Shown piece by piece: positions 1 to 10,500 of a stretch of DNA of 46,284 bases. Each line of letters begins with the position of its first letter. Position 1 is the first letter of the stretch. The notes below the pieces were generated by a model. That model searched no databases and was not told where the DNA came from. It was given only the letters and a program-made list of their open reading frames with translations. Position numbers and translations under genes: made by a program. Source of the DNA: an uncultured Melioribacter sp. (GTDB taxonomy: Bacteria > Bacteroidota > Ignavibacteria > Ignavibacteriales > SURF-24); NCBI GenBank assembly GCA_964537965.1, contig CAZIDB010000004.1, forward strand, positions 1-46,284, written 5' to 3'.

Positions 1-28
1 TTTTCACTCATTTTTATTCTACCGATTT

Positions 29-2881
29 TTAATTGAACAATTCTTTTATTTTCTCAACATGGATTTCCTTTTCGGGGTTAAACAAACTGCTGCGCATGTA
101 TTGCAAAATGCTGTAGGTTAGTTGTCTTGCTTCCGGTCGCTTTTCCGCATCAGTCAATAAATCAATTCCCGTTAGAATAAGTTTTCCCTCTCCAACGTTT
201 GCTTCTACAATTAATCCTAACTGACGGTTCGTAAACCAGTCATCAATAATTCTTACTAAGGGATCAACGCCGCTACCCAATTCATTTAATGAAATAGCAT
301 TTGAATGGGTCATTGCATCCCACCACTGGTAATTACTATGGTACTGAGTAGGGAAATAGTTAAAAAGTGGGTGTTTCGGATTACAGAGAATTCCAAGTGT
401 GTGCGGTGCTTGTTTAAGCGTCCATGCTGTGTTCCAGAAAATACTTGAGAAACCTACCGCAATGTCACCTCCCTTTTTTTTACTTATACTTCCTTTTACC
501 GGTGTAAGAAGAACCTTTCCGCCATCCTTCAAAAAGTTTATTGTTTGTTCATCAAGTTCATTTACAATTCGAATATCATCTCTGAATATTGGTTCGGCAT
601 TTTCATAAGGATAAATCCAGAAATCCCATTGATTCGTAAAATTTTCAACTTTAATCACAAAGGTATACATAGCCGGAGTTTTGAAAGCAGCCAGAGAAAA
701 CTGAACGCTGCCTAATTTAATTCCGTTGCCAATTGCAACATCAGTTTGATCAAGCTTACCGCTAGCAAGCACCAATCCTGATTCATCTCTCACTTCCCAG
801 GCGGGAGTAATTTTATTTAATGGCTCTGGTCCGAAGTGTGAAATTTCTATTTCTGCTCTGAAATTTTCTTTTGAGTTAAAAACAAATTTTGAGAAGCGCG
901 CCAATGGAACAGTTACGTTACAAAACTGACTGTACTCATCAGAAGTAACATAACCTTTCTCTTCCCAGAACGGATCAAGCACACCTACAAGAGCAGTTCC
1001 CTGGCCGGGAAAATCATGTAAATCAAGCAGCTGAAATCCTCCGAAGCCTTTTGTACGCAAAGCCGCCTCAATCTCTGCCTTGTAACACAAAACCTGAAGT
1101 TTACCTGATGCTACAAGAAAGCTGTCAGCAAGATGAGTCATTTTATTTTGAGCCAATGATTCTTGAAATATCTCGAAGTTCTTTGCTCTAAGCACACCGC
1201 TGTATTTTTTTATTTCATCAAACCTGGGATATACACACCACTGCCCAATCTCATGACTTATAACCGGTTTACCTCTCCAGCTTATTATATTTTGCCAGTC
1301 ATAATTTGTACTTGGAGGCTGGCTGTTAATAATACTGCTTAAACCTGCGCCCCACAATTGGATACGTGGTTCGTACATACTGTGAAAATCATTTACCTCA
1401 AGCTGAGGCCACCCGGCAGCTGATGAATATAGCCTGCGGTTATCTTTCTTTTTCAGAGAAGAAACAAATTCACTTAAAAATTCTCCCTGATTAACTCCAT
1501 CCGGTTCGTTTCCATATAACAAAAAACAAAACGAAGGATGATTCCCGAAAGCTTTAATAATCCGTTCACTTTCATCAATAATAAACTTATCGATAGGTTT
1601 ACCATCACCTAATGAAGAGCCCTGATTTGCCCATGAAGAACATTCAACATGAAGATAGATACCAATTTTATCTGCCGCATTAAAAGCAGCTTCCGGCGGG
1701 CACCAGGAATGAAATCGCATATGGTTTAATCCAAATTCCTTACAGACTTTAAAAATCTTTATCCATTCATTTACATCAATTGATGGATAACCTGTTAGAG
1801 GAAAGATAGCACATTCGAGTGTACCACGAAGAAAAGTTATTCTATCATTGATGGTGAACTGTGTGCCTTTTGTACCAAGCTTCCTAAGTCCGAAAATTTC
1901 CGTTTGACTATCTTCAGCATTTTCAGCGATTAAGCGACAATTTATTTTATAAAGATTAGGATTGAACTCATCCCACAACAATGCATCGTTGTCTAATTTA
2001 TATTCTATTGTAAAAATATTTTCACCGGACTTAAGCTCTTTATACTCAATCAGTTCAGCAAAATTCCTTTTAACCGGAGAACCCTCTTCCGTTGATGCTG
2101 ATAATGATAATTTAACCTTCTGTGTCTGAGCAGTTAAATTTTCTATCTGCATTTCCACTAAGGCTTTTTTACTCACTACATCAGTAAAAATTCTTATATC
2201 ACCAAAATGAATTTTATCTCTTGATTGCAAAAACATTTCCCCGATTATTCCATTCCAGTTTGTCTGGGAATGATCTGTAAGACTGCTTGAGTTTACCCCC
2301 GGATTTACCTCTTTGATTCTGTTATCTATGCAGACTGTAATAGTATGATTACCCGGAGAAAGTTTTCCTGTAAGATTATAAATATGAGGAGCGCCCAGTG
2401 CATTTTGAGTACCTACAAATAAATCATCAATCCAGACAGATGATTGCCAATGGCAGCGTTCAAAGTATAATTCAATAAACTTGTCCTGCCAATTATCAGG
2501 AATTTTTATTTCGCGTTTATACCAGGCAGCGCCCACATAACTTTTCTCAGGCTGAAGCCAGAACGGCACTTTAAAATTTCCCGGCTTACGGTATTTTTTA
2601 AATTCAGGTGACTTAAAAAAAGATGAATCAATTATATTGCCCGTCCATTTTGTTTCAAGTGAAATGTCAAATCCCTTTCCGTTTTCTGCCATTGAGCCCG
2701 GAAGATTTATTGATTCATCAAATGCTTTTGAGAACCATTTATTTTTATTGCCTTCGTCAAGGGGATCAATTGCAAACTGCCATTTACCTTTTAAATGAAT
2801 TTTCTCCTGCGGCATTAAATTCTGACAGAATGCAGAAATAAGAATGAGACAGATTAGAAATTCTTTTTTCATAATTATCAT
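29..2881 (-). CDS. Glycoside hydrolase family 2 protein (beta-galactosidase/beta-mannosidase type; specificity not resolvable)
   Basis: 950-aa ORF with a signal peptide (MKKEFLICLILISAFC). GH2-like N-terminal sugar-binding region (YVGAAWYKREIKIP...LYFERCHWQSSVWIDD). TIM-barrel acid/base-like LLYGNEPDG and nucleophile-like SHEIGQW. The second ATG at 2872 is an equally plausible start. Last gene of a 4-gene minus-strand glycosidase operon. Confidence 0.75.
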   Translation of the reverse strand: MIIMKKEFLICLILISAFCQNLMPQEKIHLKGKWQFAIDPLDEGNKNKWFSKAFDESINLPGSMAENGKGFDISLETKWTGNIIDSSFFKSPEFKKYRKPGNFKVPFWLQPEKSYVGAAWYKREIKIPDNWQDKFIELYFERCHWQSSVWIDDLFVGTQNALGAPHIYNLTGKLSPGNHTITVCIDNRIKEVNPGVNSSSLTDHSQTNWNGIIGEMFLQSRDKIHFGDIRIFTDVVSKKALVEMQIENLTAQTQKVKLSLSASTEEGSPVKRNFAELIEYKELKSGENIFTIEYKLDNDALLWDEFNPNLYKINCRLIAENAEDSQTEIFGLRKLGTKGTQFTINDRITFLRGTLECAIFPLTGYPSIDVNEWIKIFKVCKEFGLNHMRFHSWCPPEAAFNAADKIGIYLHVECSSWANQGSSLGDGKPIDKFIIDESERIIKAFGNHPSFCFLLYGNEPDGVNQGEFLSEFVSSLKKKDNRRLYSSAAGWPQLEVNDFHSMYEPRIQLWGAGLSSIINSQPPSTNYDWQNIISWRGKPVISHEIGQWCVYPRFDEIKKYSGVLRAKNFEIFQESLAQNKMTHLADSFLVASGKLQVLCYKAEIEAALRTKGFGGFQLLDLHDFPGQGTALVGVLDPFWEEKGYVTSDEYSQFCNVTVPLARFSKFVFNSKENFRAEIEISHFGPEPLNKITPAWEVRDESGLVLASGKLDQTDVAIGNGIKLGSVQFSLAAFKTPAMYTFVIKVENFTNQWDFWIYPYENAEPIFRDDIRIVNELDEQTINFLKDGGKVLLTPVKGSISKKKGGDIAVGFSSIFWNTAWTLKQAPHTLGILCNPKHPLFNYFPTQYHSNYQWWDAMTHSNAISLNELGSGVDPLVRIIDDWFTNRQLGLIVEANVGEGKLILTGIDLLTDAEKRPEARQLTYSILQYMRSSLFNPEKEIHVEKIKELFN

Positions 2882-2906
2882 TTTATTTTTTGAATTTTTC
2901 TTTTAC

Positions 2907-5174
2907 TTATTCTATTACAACTTCATCAGTAAATATCCAGGCTTTAAATGGATAACCCGGATGCCAGCGCGGACAAATTTTCATGCTTGTTGCTTTTACT
3001 TTTATAAATCTTGCTTTCACAGGCTCAAACTCACACGAAAAGTTTTTAATGAAAGCATGAATTGGAGATGCTAATTCTTCCTGCTTGGGTGGAGTTATAT
3101 TTTTCACAAGAGATACATCACTGAATTTCTTTCCATCCTTAGAAATACTTACTTGCATATCCTCCGGTAAAAAGATCCACGAAAAGACATTCTGAAGAAA
3201 ATCTGCACTTACTTTTTTTATTGTTTCAGTTTTGTTAAGATCAACTACAACCTCCATATCGTTACCTTCATAACCTACCCAGTTAAAAAGATAATCCTCA
3301 TCTCCGCGGAAACCATCTGTTAAAGACTTTTCTCCATTTGCAGGATATTTCCAATTTGGTTCAGAAATGAATTTTACATTCTTACCAAGCCCTAACGGAT
3401 TATACATTAATTTGGAAAGCATTCTTTTATATCGCTGAAAATACTTTTGTGCTGTCAGACTTTTTTCATTAACATATACGTTATCAACTCTGGATGTAAG
3501 ATTAAAAAAACTATCAAGTACAACATTGAGATTAGGATTAACAATCACCTGTGTCTTAGTCATATTTATCAATAATCCTTTTTCACCAATTCTAATTTCT
3601 TTTGCCTGTTCAAGAGTAGCATACATTAAAGGAAGCCTTGCCACTTTAACTCTTTCAAGATATTCGGTTTCATTACCAACAGCTAATTCTGCTTTATCGA
3701 AAATAGAATTATACCTGTCCATTAATTCAGGTGTTAAAAAACTTTTCATTTGCTCTACAGGATTACTGTAAATCCAAAGTTTGTGACCGGACTTAATTAA
3801 TTCTGTTTGCATCAGATCAATATATTCCCTGATATAAACACCTGCTTTGCCATAATAGCCATTAAGAAAATCATTCATTGTAGAATCGAAATTTAAGTTT
3901 GGATTCCATAGCAGTTTAGAGATAAGATAAGATCTTAGTTCTCCAAACTCGGTTAACCTGCATCCGCCTGCTCCCTGCTGAAACATCATATTAACATTAT
4001 ATTTATTGAACAGTTGAATATTTGGCTGCAGCACCTGGAAGTTTGGGAAGGGGCTGATAAGATTAGAGAACTGAACAACATAATCCCAAAGGATAATATT
4101 GTTTGTAAGCTTTGACCAATCAGCCAGATCTTTTACAAATGCTGATGAAGAAGTATCATCTGCAAGAGGCTTTGTTCTGTATGCTTCGATTGTGCACAGC
4201 ATGATGTTTACATTGCTTTCCGGCTTTATATGTTTTGGTGCTTTACGGCTGAACCTGTATGCAAGCGTTGAAATAATTTTATCAGGGAATTCCTTTGCTA
4301 TTTTATTAACGAAATTTATAACAGATCCTGATGGTGAACCTTCGTAACTATCAATCTTGCTGCATTCATCACACTGGCAGTAATCATCATCATCATTTTG
4401 AGAAACCGACCAGTATTTTGCATTAGGATTTTCTGCCATTCTTTTTCTCAGCTCATCAGCAACTATTTTATATACTTCCGGATTACTGAGACAAGGTTCC
4501 TGCGGCACACGTATTCCGTTTCTTAAGGAATAATATTCGGGATGATCTTTGAAATATTTATCAGCTGGTAAAAGTGTTTGAAACGTATGAACAAACATTC
4601 CCCACATTTTTTTATCATCTGAATCAACAAGTTTATGCCAGCGGCAATACTCATCCTGGTTGGCTTCGTAATAATGAACATCCCTGTATGCAAACGCAGG
4701 ATTGTCAATTAAATCTATCTGAGGAATTTCAATTGAATTTTTTGCGGGAATAATTTTTACCTGTGACGAGTACATTCTGCAGTCGAGATATTTTTCCAGG
4801 AAGCTGAAAACAGCATTAAGTGTTCCCTTCTTTTCTCCCCCATAAAAATAAATTTTATTATCAACAGTTTTTATTATAAAACCATCATACCTTATTCCCG
4901 AAGTATCTATTTCATCTGAACGATTGTTCTTTCCAACAACAATTTCAAAATCTGTTTCGGGTGAAGAATCATTTTCCAAAGGCAGGATTGCTCCGGAAAT
5001 TTCTTTTATATATTTCTGAAGTTCTGTTGCAGCAAGCGAATCCCAATGTGAAGCTGTTGAAGAGATTATAATTTTATAATCGCTTTTACCTTCTGTAACA
5101 AGTTTTAATTTATCTGTCTGTGCGTTAAGAAGTACAGTTGAGATAAACAGGAGAAAGAAAATTTTATAGTTCAT
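2907..5174 (-). CDS. DUF4838-family protein (uncharacterised putative glycosidase) with C-terminal F5/8 type C (discoidin/CBM32-like) domain
   Basis: 755-aa ORF with a signal peptide (MNYKIFFLLFISTVLLNAQ). The DUF4838-typical N-terminus is LVTEGKSDYKIIISSTAS..AATELQKYIKEISGAILP. The central block is HTFQTLLP..HPEYYSL..PCLSNPEV..SVSQNDDDDYCQCDECSK..SGSVINFVNKIAKEFPDKIISTLAY. The C-terminus ends ICPRWHPGYPFKAWIFTDEVVIE, the discoidin-type tail also found on the GH20 and GH92 proteins here. Confidence 0.7.
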   Translation of the reverse strand: MNYKIFFLLFISTVLLNAQTDKLKLVTEGKSDYKIIISSTASHWDSLAATELQKYIKEISGAILPLENDSSPETDFEIVVGKNNRSDEIDTSGIRYDGFIIKTVDNKIYFYGGEKKGTLNAVFSFLEKYLDCRMYSSQVKIIPAKNSIEIPQIDLIDNPAFAYRDVHYYEANQDEYCRWHKLVDSDDKKMWGMFVHTFQTLLPADKYFKDHPEYYSLRNGIRVPQEPCLSNPEVYKIVADELRKRMAENPNAKYWSVSQNDDDDYCQCDECSKIDSYEGSPSGSVINFVNKIAKEFPDKIISTLAYRFSRKAPKHIKPESNVNIMLCTIEAYRTKPLADDTSSSAFVKDLADWSKLTNNIILWDYVVQFSNLISPFPNFQVLQPNIQLFNKYNVNMMFQQGAGGCRLTEFGELRSYLISKLLWNPNLNFDSTMNDFLNGYYGKAGVYIREYIDLMQTELIKSGHKLWIYSNPVEQMKSFLTPELMDRYNSIFDKAELAVGNETEYLERVKVARLPLMYATLEQAKEIRIGEKGLLINMTKTQVIVNPNLNVVLDSFFNLTSRVDNVYVNEKSLTAQKYFQRYKRMLSKLMYNPLGLGKNVKFISEPNWKYPANGEKSLTDGFRGDEDYLFNWVGYEGNDMEVVVDLNKTETIKKVSADFLQNVFSWIFLPEDMQVSISKDGKKFSDVSLVKNITPPKQEELASPIHAFIKNFSCEFEPVKARFIKVKATSMKICPRWHPGYPFKAWIFTDEVVIE

Positions 5175-5211
5175 ATAAAAACCAAATTAAATTATTAGTG
5201 ATAATTTTTAT

Positions 5212-5253
5212 CCAGTATCAAGTGTCCAGTATCAAGTATCAAGTATCCAGATC
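5212..5253. repeat. Degenerate tandem heptamer repeat, six units
   Basis: Read directly: ccagtat caagtgt ccagtat caagtat caagtat ccagatc. It fills most of the 83-bp spacer between the GH20 stop (5258) and the DUF4838 start (5174). Confidence 0.85.
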
Positions 5254-5257
5254 TGCT

Positions 5258-7489
5258 TCACTCAACCACAATTTCATCAATGAACAGCCAGGCTTTGCCG
5301 CCTGCACCCGGATGCCAGTCGGGACATTTTTTAATGTTCTCGGCTTTTACTTTTATATAACGAGCGGGTTTGTTATTGAATGTTGCGGTAAAATCTTTAA
5401 GCACAATTTCGGAATTCTTCTGGGGAATATCATTCAAAATTGTTTTTTCTTCCGTGAATTCATCTTCATCTTCAGCAATCGAGATGGTTACTTTTTCGGG
5501 AAGAAAAATCCAGGAATTGGAATTAAGCATGAATCTTGGAGAAACTTTATATATTTCTTTTTCTTCACCAAGATCAATCACTGCTTCAAAATCAACACCT
5601 TCATAACCCTGCCATAATCCATCACGTAGGTTTTCAGTTGCGCGCACTCCATCAATCAAAGCATTTTCTCCTCCTGCCCGGTATCGTTCGTCGTAATTAT
5701 TGGTTAAGGTTATTTCAGCATTTAAAGCTTTATGCAGATCGAAAGCAAGATTATACTTTTTGCCGAGATCATTCTTTCCCTTGAAAGCAGAAAATTTAAG
5801 GACCACAGATTTATTAATTCTTATCGGTTCTTTGTAATGATTAGATTTAGTATCAGGCTCACTGTTATCTGTTGTATAATAAATATCAATTCCGCTTTGT
5901 CCCTGCTTCAACTCAACAACAAATTCTTTTTTATCATCATCAAAGGTTGTAAGCGGAGTAAAGACTTTTGTTTCTCTTCCATATTTTATTCTCATGTAAT
6001 CAAGATCTTTATAAGCTGCCTGCACTCTTTTATAAAACTCATCATAATTTCTTCCTTCCGGATTGCTCCAGAAGACTTCTGCCAATGCAAGTATGCGTGG
6101 AAATAATTTACTATCCACATTTTCTTCTGTAGCATGTTCTGACCATAAATTTACTTCGCTGCCGATAACAAACTTTTTTTCTTCGGCAGTAAGTTCATCA
6201 GGCAAAGGATTAAATGAGTAAGCAATTCGTAAATCCAGATCATCCGGTTCGCTATTTAAATATGTATGAGAAGCAGGTGAACATATGGTATAGTGCCCAA
6301 GCTTAGCCGCATCAACTGCACCCTGAAAGCTTTGCCAGGATTGTACAATAGCTCCTTCTGCCAAACCACCCTGCAGTATCTCATCCCATCCGATTATTTC
6401 TTTTCCTTTAGATTTGAGATATTTTGCAATTCTTTTAATGAAATAACTTTGAAGTTCGTGCTCGTCTTTGAGTCCTTCGGATTTGATTCTTGCCTGACAT
6501 TTAGGACATTCTTTCCATCTGTCCTTAGGTGCTTCATCTCCTCCAATATGAACATACTTGCCCGGGAAAAGTGCTGTAACTTCATCCAGAATATCCTGCA
6601 GGAAATAAAAAGTTGAGTCTCTTCCGGCGCAGTAAATATCTTTCATTACGCCCCAGACAATTCCGACTTCAAATGGTCCGCCTGTACAAGAGTTCTCAGG
6701 ATAAGAAGCAAGTGAAGCAAGTGAGTGGCCGGGCATTTCAATTTCAGGAACAATGTTTATAAATCTTTCCTTAGCGTATGCAACAATTTCTTTTATATCC
6801 CGCTGGGTATAGTAGCCGCCGTAAATTGATCCGTCAGCTTCTTTCCGCCATGCACCTGTCTCAGTTAACCTGGGATATTTTTTTATTTCGATCCGCCAGC
6901 CCTGGTCATCTGTTAAATGCCAGTGAAAAGTATTGAACTTGTAGAAAGCAAGAATATCAATGTAACGCTTAATAAATTCCTTCGACATGAAATGGCGGCT
7001 GCAATCAAGGTTTAATCCGCGCCATGAATATTGAGGATAATCTGTTATTTCACCGCTATAAATTTTTACTTCATTATTAACTTTACCTGCTTTTACCAGA
7101 ATTTGAAGAAGCGTCTGTACTCCATAAAAAACTCCCCTTTCATTTGAGGATAAAATTGTGATTTCCTTAGGAGTTACTTTAAGTGAATACGCTTCCGGTT
7201 TATCTTTCAGGAATGTGCTGTCAATTTTTAATTCAAGTACCGGAAAATTAGGACGAACAACAGTTTCGGGCAGTAAATCAAAATCCCGAAGCAATTGATG
7301 GGATGTATAATCTAATAATTGTTTGCTGACACCTGTGGCTTTAATTGCAAAACCAGATGAAAAGCTGAAACTTCCGCTTGTAATGTTTGCTTCCTGTGGT
7401 TTTGGTATAAGAGTTACCTGAGAATTAATTTTTAACTGTAAGGTAAAAAGAATAATGATTGCGCCAAGTAAAAATGATTTTGTTTTCAT
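5258..7489 (-). CDS. GH20 beta-N-acetylhexosaminidase with C-terminal CHB_HEX_C-like and F5/8 type C domains
   Basis: 743-aa ORF with a signal peptide. GH20 signatures are RGLNLDCSRHF, FNTFHWHLTDDQGWRIEIKKYP and the catalytic HIGGDEAP. The tail has IDIYYTTDNSEPD (chitobiase C-terminal-like) followed by a discoidin domain ending KCPDWHPGAGGKAWLFIDEIVVE. Confidence 0.9.
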   Translation of the reverse strand: MKTKSFLLGAIIILFTLQLKINSQVTLIPKPQEANITSGSFSFSSGFAIKATGVSKQLLDYTSHQLLRDFDLLPETVVRPNFPVLELKIDSTFLKDKPEAYSLKVTPKEITILSSNERGVFYGVQTLLQILVKAGKVNNEVKIYSGEITDYPQYSWRGLNLDCSRHFMSKEFIKRYIDILAFYKFNTFHWHLTDDQGWRIEIKKYPRLTETGAWRKEADGSIYGGYYTQRDIKEIVAYAKERFINIVPEIEMPGHSLASLASYPENSCTGGPFEVGIVWGVMKDIYCAGRDSTFYFLQDILDEVTALFPGKYVHIGGDEAPKDRWKECPKCQARIKSEGLKDEHELQSYFIKRIAKYLKSKGKEIIGWDEILQGGLAEGAIVQSWQSFQGAVDAAKLGHYTICSPASHTYLNSEPDDLDLRIAYSFNPLPDELTAEEKKFVIGSEVNLWSEHATEENVDSKLFPRILALAEVFWSNPEGRNYDEFYKRVQAAYKDLDYMRIKYGRETKVFTPLTTFDDDKKEFVVELKQGQSGIDIYYTTDNSEPDTKSNHYKEPIRINKSVVLKFSAFKGKNDLGKKYNLAFDLHKALNAEITLTNNYDERYRAGGENALIDGVRATENLRDGLWQGYEGVDFEAVIDLGEEKEIYKVSPRFMLNSNSWIFLPEKVTISIAEDEDEFTEEKTILNDIPQKNSEIVLKDFTATFNNKPARYIKVKAENIKKCPDWHPGAGGKAWLFIDEIVVE

Positions 7490-7500
7490 GCTTCCTCAGT

Positions 7501-10500
7501 TTAATTTTCTTTAACTTTTATTGTTATCACTTCAAATGGTTTTAATTGAATCTGGTTTTGAATCTCCTGTAATTCCTCTTCATCACCATTGCTTAAAAAA
7601 ACTTTAGCTTCAGATGTTCCCTTATAGGAAAATCCGGATGAGCTTGTTTTATCAGTCGGATTAAAAATTCTAATCATATAACCATTCCTCGTGTAAGTTG
7701 GTTTTACATTCGTAACCACGAGCGAAGAATTTTCATCCGGTTTAAACATCTGCTCATAATTTTGTGTTACCTCATCATTAAAGACAATGAGAAGAGGCTG
7801 CGAGCTTTCTACGCCGAATTTGTAAGCAGAAAGATAATCAAATTGATTATGAGCTTTTAAAGAATATTTAAACGATGTTACTCCTTCCTGCGAAGCTTTA
7901 AAGTTGGTATGCCATGAATTATTCACTGCCCAGCTGAAGCACATTGAAGATGAAGCAGTTTTTGTAAACCATTCTTTATCAGGTGAAGACATCCAGGCTT
8001 CTGCATTCATTCCACCAAACTCAACAAACGGAGCATCATTTGCAGCAAGAGTAAACCCAAGTTTATCATTTGAAATATCTATCCAGCGCTGAACCGTAAA
8101 ATAATTTTTGTTGGATCCCTTAAGCTGATTCTTCTCCGGTTCAATTACAGACCAGGCCAAATCAATTTTTGAAACCGGGTTTTCAATTTTAAATGGGAAT
8201 GCGAATCGGATGCTTTCCTTACTATAATCTTTCTTTTTATCAATGATATTCAGTATATCAATTTTGTCGAGATCATTATAAAGAGTGATCTGCTGCGTTA
8301 CGCTATTACAACCTTTAGCTTCCGATTGTAATGTTAAAGACTGCAGCACATCTCCGTTTTCCCGGTTGATAATTTTTCCGACAGTTACATAAGAAGGATT
8401 TTCTCCGTTCTTTCCTGTATGAATAAATTGATTAAGTGCTAAGCCGTTCGTTGTATCAACAAGATTAATGCTGCTTCCGTTTTTGCTAAATAGTTTTACA
8501 GACGAATTATTTTCATCTACTCCAATTGTATAATACTTTCCGGAAATCGTATTAGCAGATGTTTCAGTTTTACTTTCCAATTCAAGATTGCTGCTTACAA
8601 AATTATATTTTCTGTGGCTGAAAGGAGGAATATCTTTAGCGGTAAAAACAATGTCACCGTTTGATAGTATCTGAGTTGGGATTTTAGTCCCTTCCTCATC
8701 AGCAATAGTTTTGCCTGTCGTATGAACATCTGCCGAAATTTTTACAACATCACTTCTTTGCCAGGAAGAAGAATTGAAAACGTAAAAATGATCAACAGGA
8801 TTTTCAGGATTGACAGCATTAGAAAATCTTTTTAAAAGATTCTGAGCTATGCTATCTGCTTTTATTGCATAAGATTTTTTAATATCCCACTGGTCTGTTA
8901 CAAATTTAATTTCAGGATCAGAAATGCTGTTCCATGCACCCCAGGTATGCTCTGAAAAGAGAAGCACATATTTCCAGGCTTCATCAAATTCCCTTTGAGG
9001 AAAATTTTTCTTATCACTTAGAGAATAAAAAACCTCAAGCTGATTAAGCAATTCCGCGCTGTTACGGTTCATTGCGGTTTCTTTTGCTGTAGATGCTGCG
9101 CCATCTTCCCAATATGGAGTAAAATCACCTGAGTAAGTGGGAATTTTATCTCTGTATTTCTCTTCAAAATCTTTAAACAATTCCATTGTAGTAGCAATTT
9201 TGAATTTAGGAGTTATATGAGTTTCATTCCAGTTCTTAACAAAATCAGAAAGAGTGGAATCCGGAAAACCATTATCGCCGCCGATATTATACCTGGCTTG
9301 GACAATATTATACGGATATTCATCCTCAGCAAGTTTATTAAGATACGCGGCAATAGGTGCAAGGTCATCACGTGTTAAACGCCAGCTATGAAACCATGAA
9401 TATCCTTTACCCGCTAACCATATTAAAATTTTTTCTTTACCGCTCTGAGATGTCCAGTAGAAAGGTTTATCTCCCCAGGTTTTTAGTGTATTGCCAATCC
9501 TGTCAAATTCGTTTGTACCAACAGAAAAATATTTTATTCCATTATCCGCAAATGCCTGCACTATTCCCCACGTATAACCGGGAATATCAGATATCATCGC
9601 ACTTTCAATTTTAATATCGTTTTCCTTTTCCAATTGATTTGAGTATTCAACAAGACGATATAATTCTTCCGGTCTGCACAATCCTGTCATTACATTTGCA
9701 TATGTAGCGTCAAGTCCAATCCAGCCTTTTCTAACAGCATCAAAAAAATCCTTTTTCTTTTCCGGAAATGTTTCAAGGTAGCTTTTTACTGCCCACAAAA
9801 CTTCAACATTCCATTTGAATAAAGCATCGTTTCCATACGTGGCAGATCGCTTTGAATATTGAATTGCTTTTTCAAAATTATCCCAATGCTTCTTCTCTAT
9901 TTCTGTCTGTAAACCGGTATAACCAATATCTACGTGAGCATGAGGAATAAGGTAGAAAGTAATTTCTTTTGCCGGTTCAATTTTTACAGGATATGAATTT
10001 TTCTCTCCATTAATATCTATATCAATACTGGTTTCTACAGTCCTGGTTTTTGCTGGATAATTAAGAAATAAATCATTCATTCCAAGCTTTAACTCAGAAG
10101 AAATACTTTCTTTTTCCAGTTCCAGGTTAACAGGAACAGGTTGTTTAAAATGATCGATAGAAACTTTCACCTGCTGGAACGAATTACCGTCTTTATCTTT
10201 AGCAACAACTCGCTGCGGTGAAATTCTTGTTTTTGATACCATAGGATACTGCATTGTCATGTACCAGTCTTTACTGTTTGTAGCATCGCCTTTTACTTTT
10301 ATTTGTGCTATGGATTTATTACCTAGTAACTCAACAGGAATAGTTAAGAGCATATAACCAAAGAAATCATCAACGGAATCCAGATTCACAAATTTAAAAT
10401 AAAGTTGAGCACCATTTTCGCCGGTAATGACCCAATCTTTTTTATTTTGTTTCGGAGTAGTAGAAAACTCAATAATCTTCTTATCGTTTACATACAGAAA

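Noticed and set aside
5212-5253. Checked whether the short repeats (here and elsewhere) could be a CRISPR array
   Set aside because: The units are 7 nt and contiguous with no spacers. No 25-40-nt repeat/spacer periodicity exists anywhere in the window, and no cas genes are present.
5198-5617. 139-aa plus-strand ORF starting in the heptamer-repeat spacer
   Set aside because: It overlaps the conserved discoidin domain of GH20 on the other strand. Its N-terminus (IQYQVSSIKYQVS) is just the translated tandem repeat.
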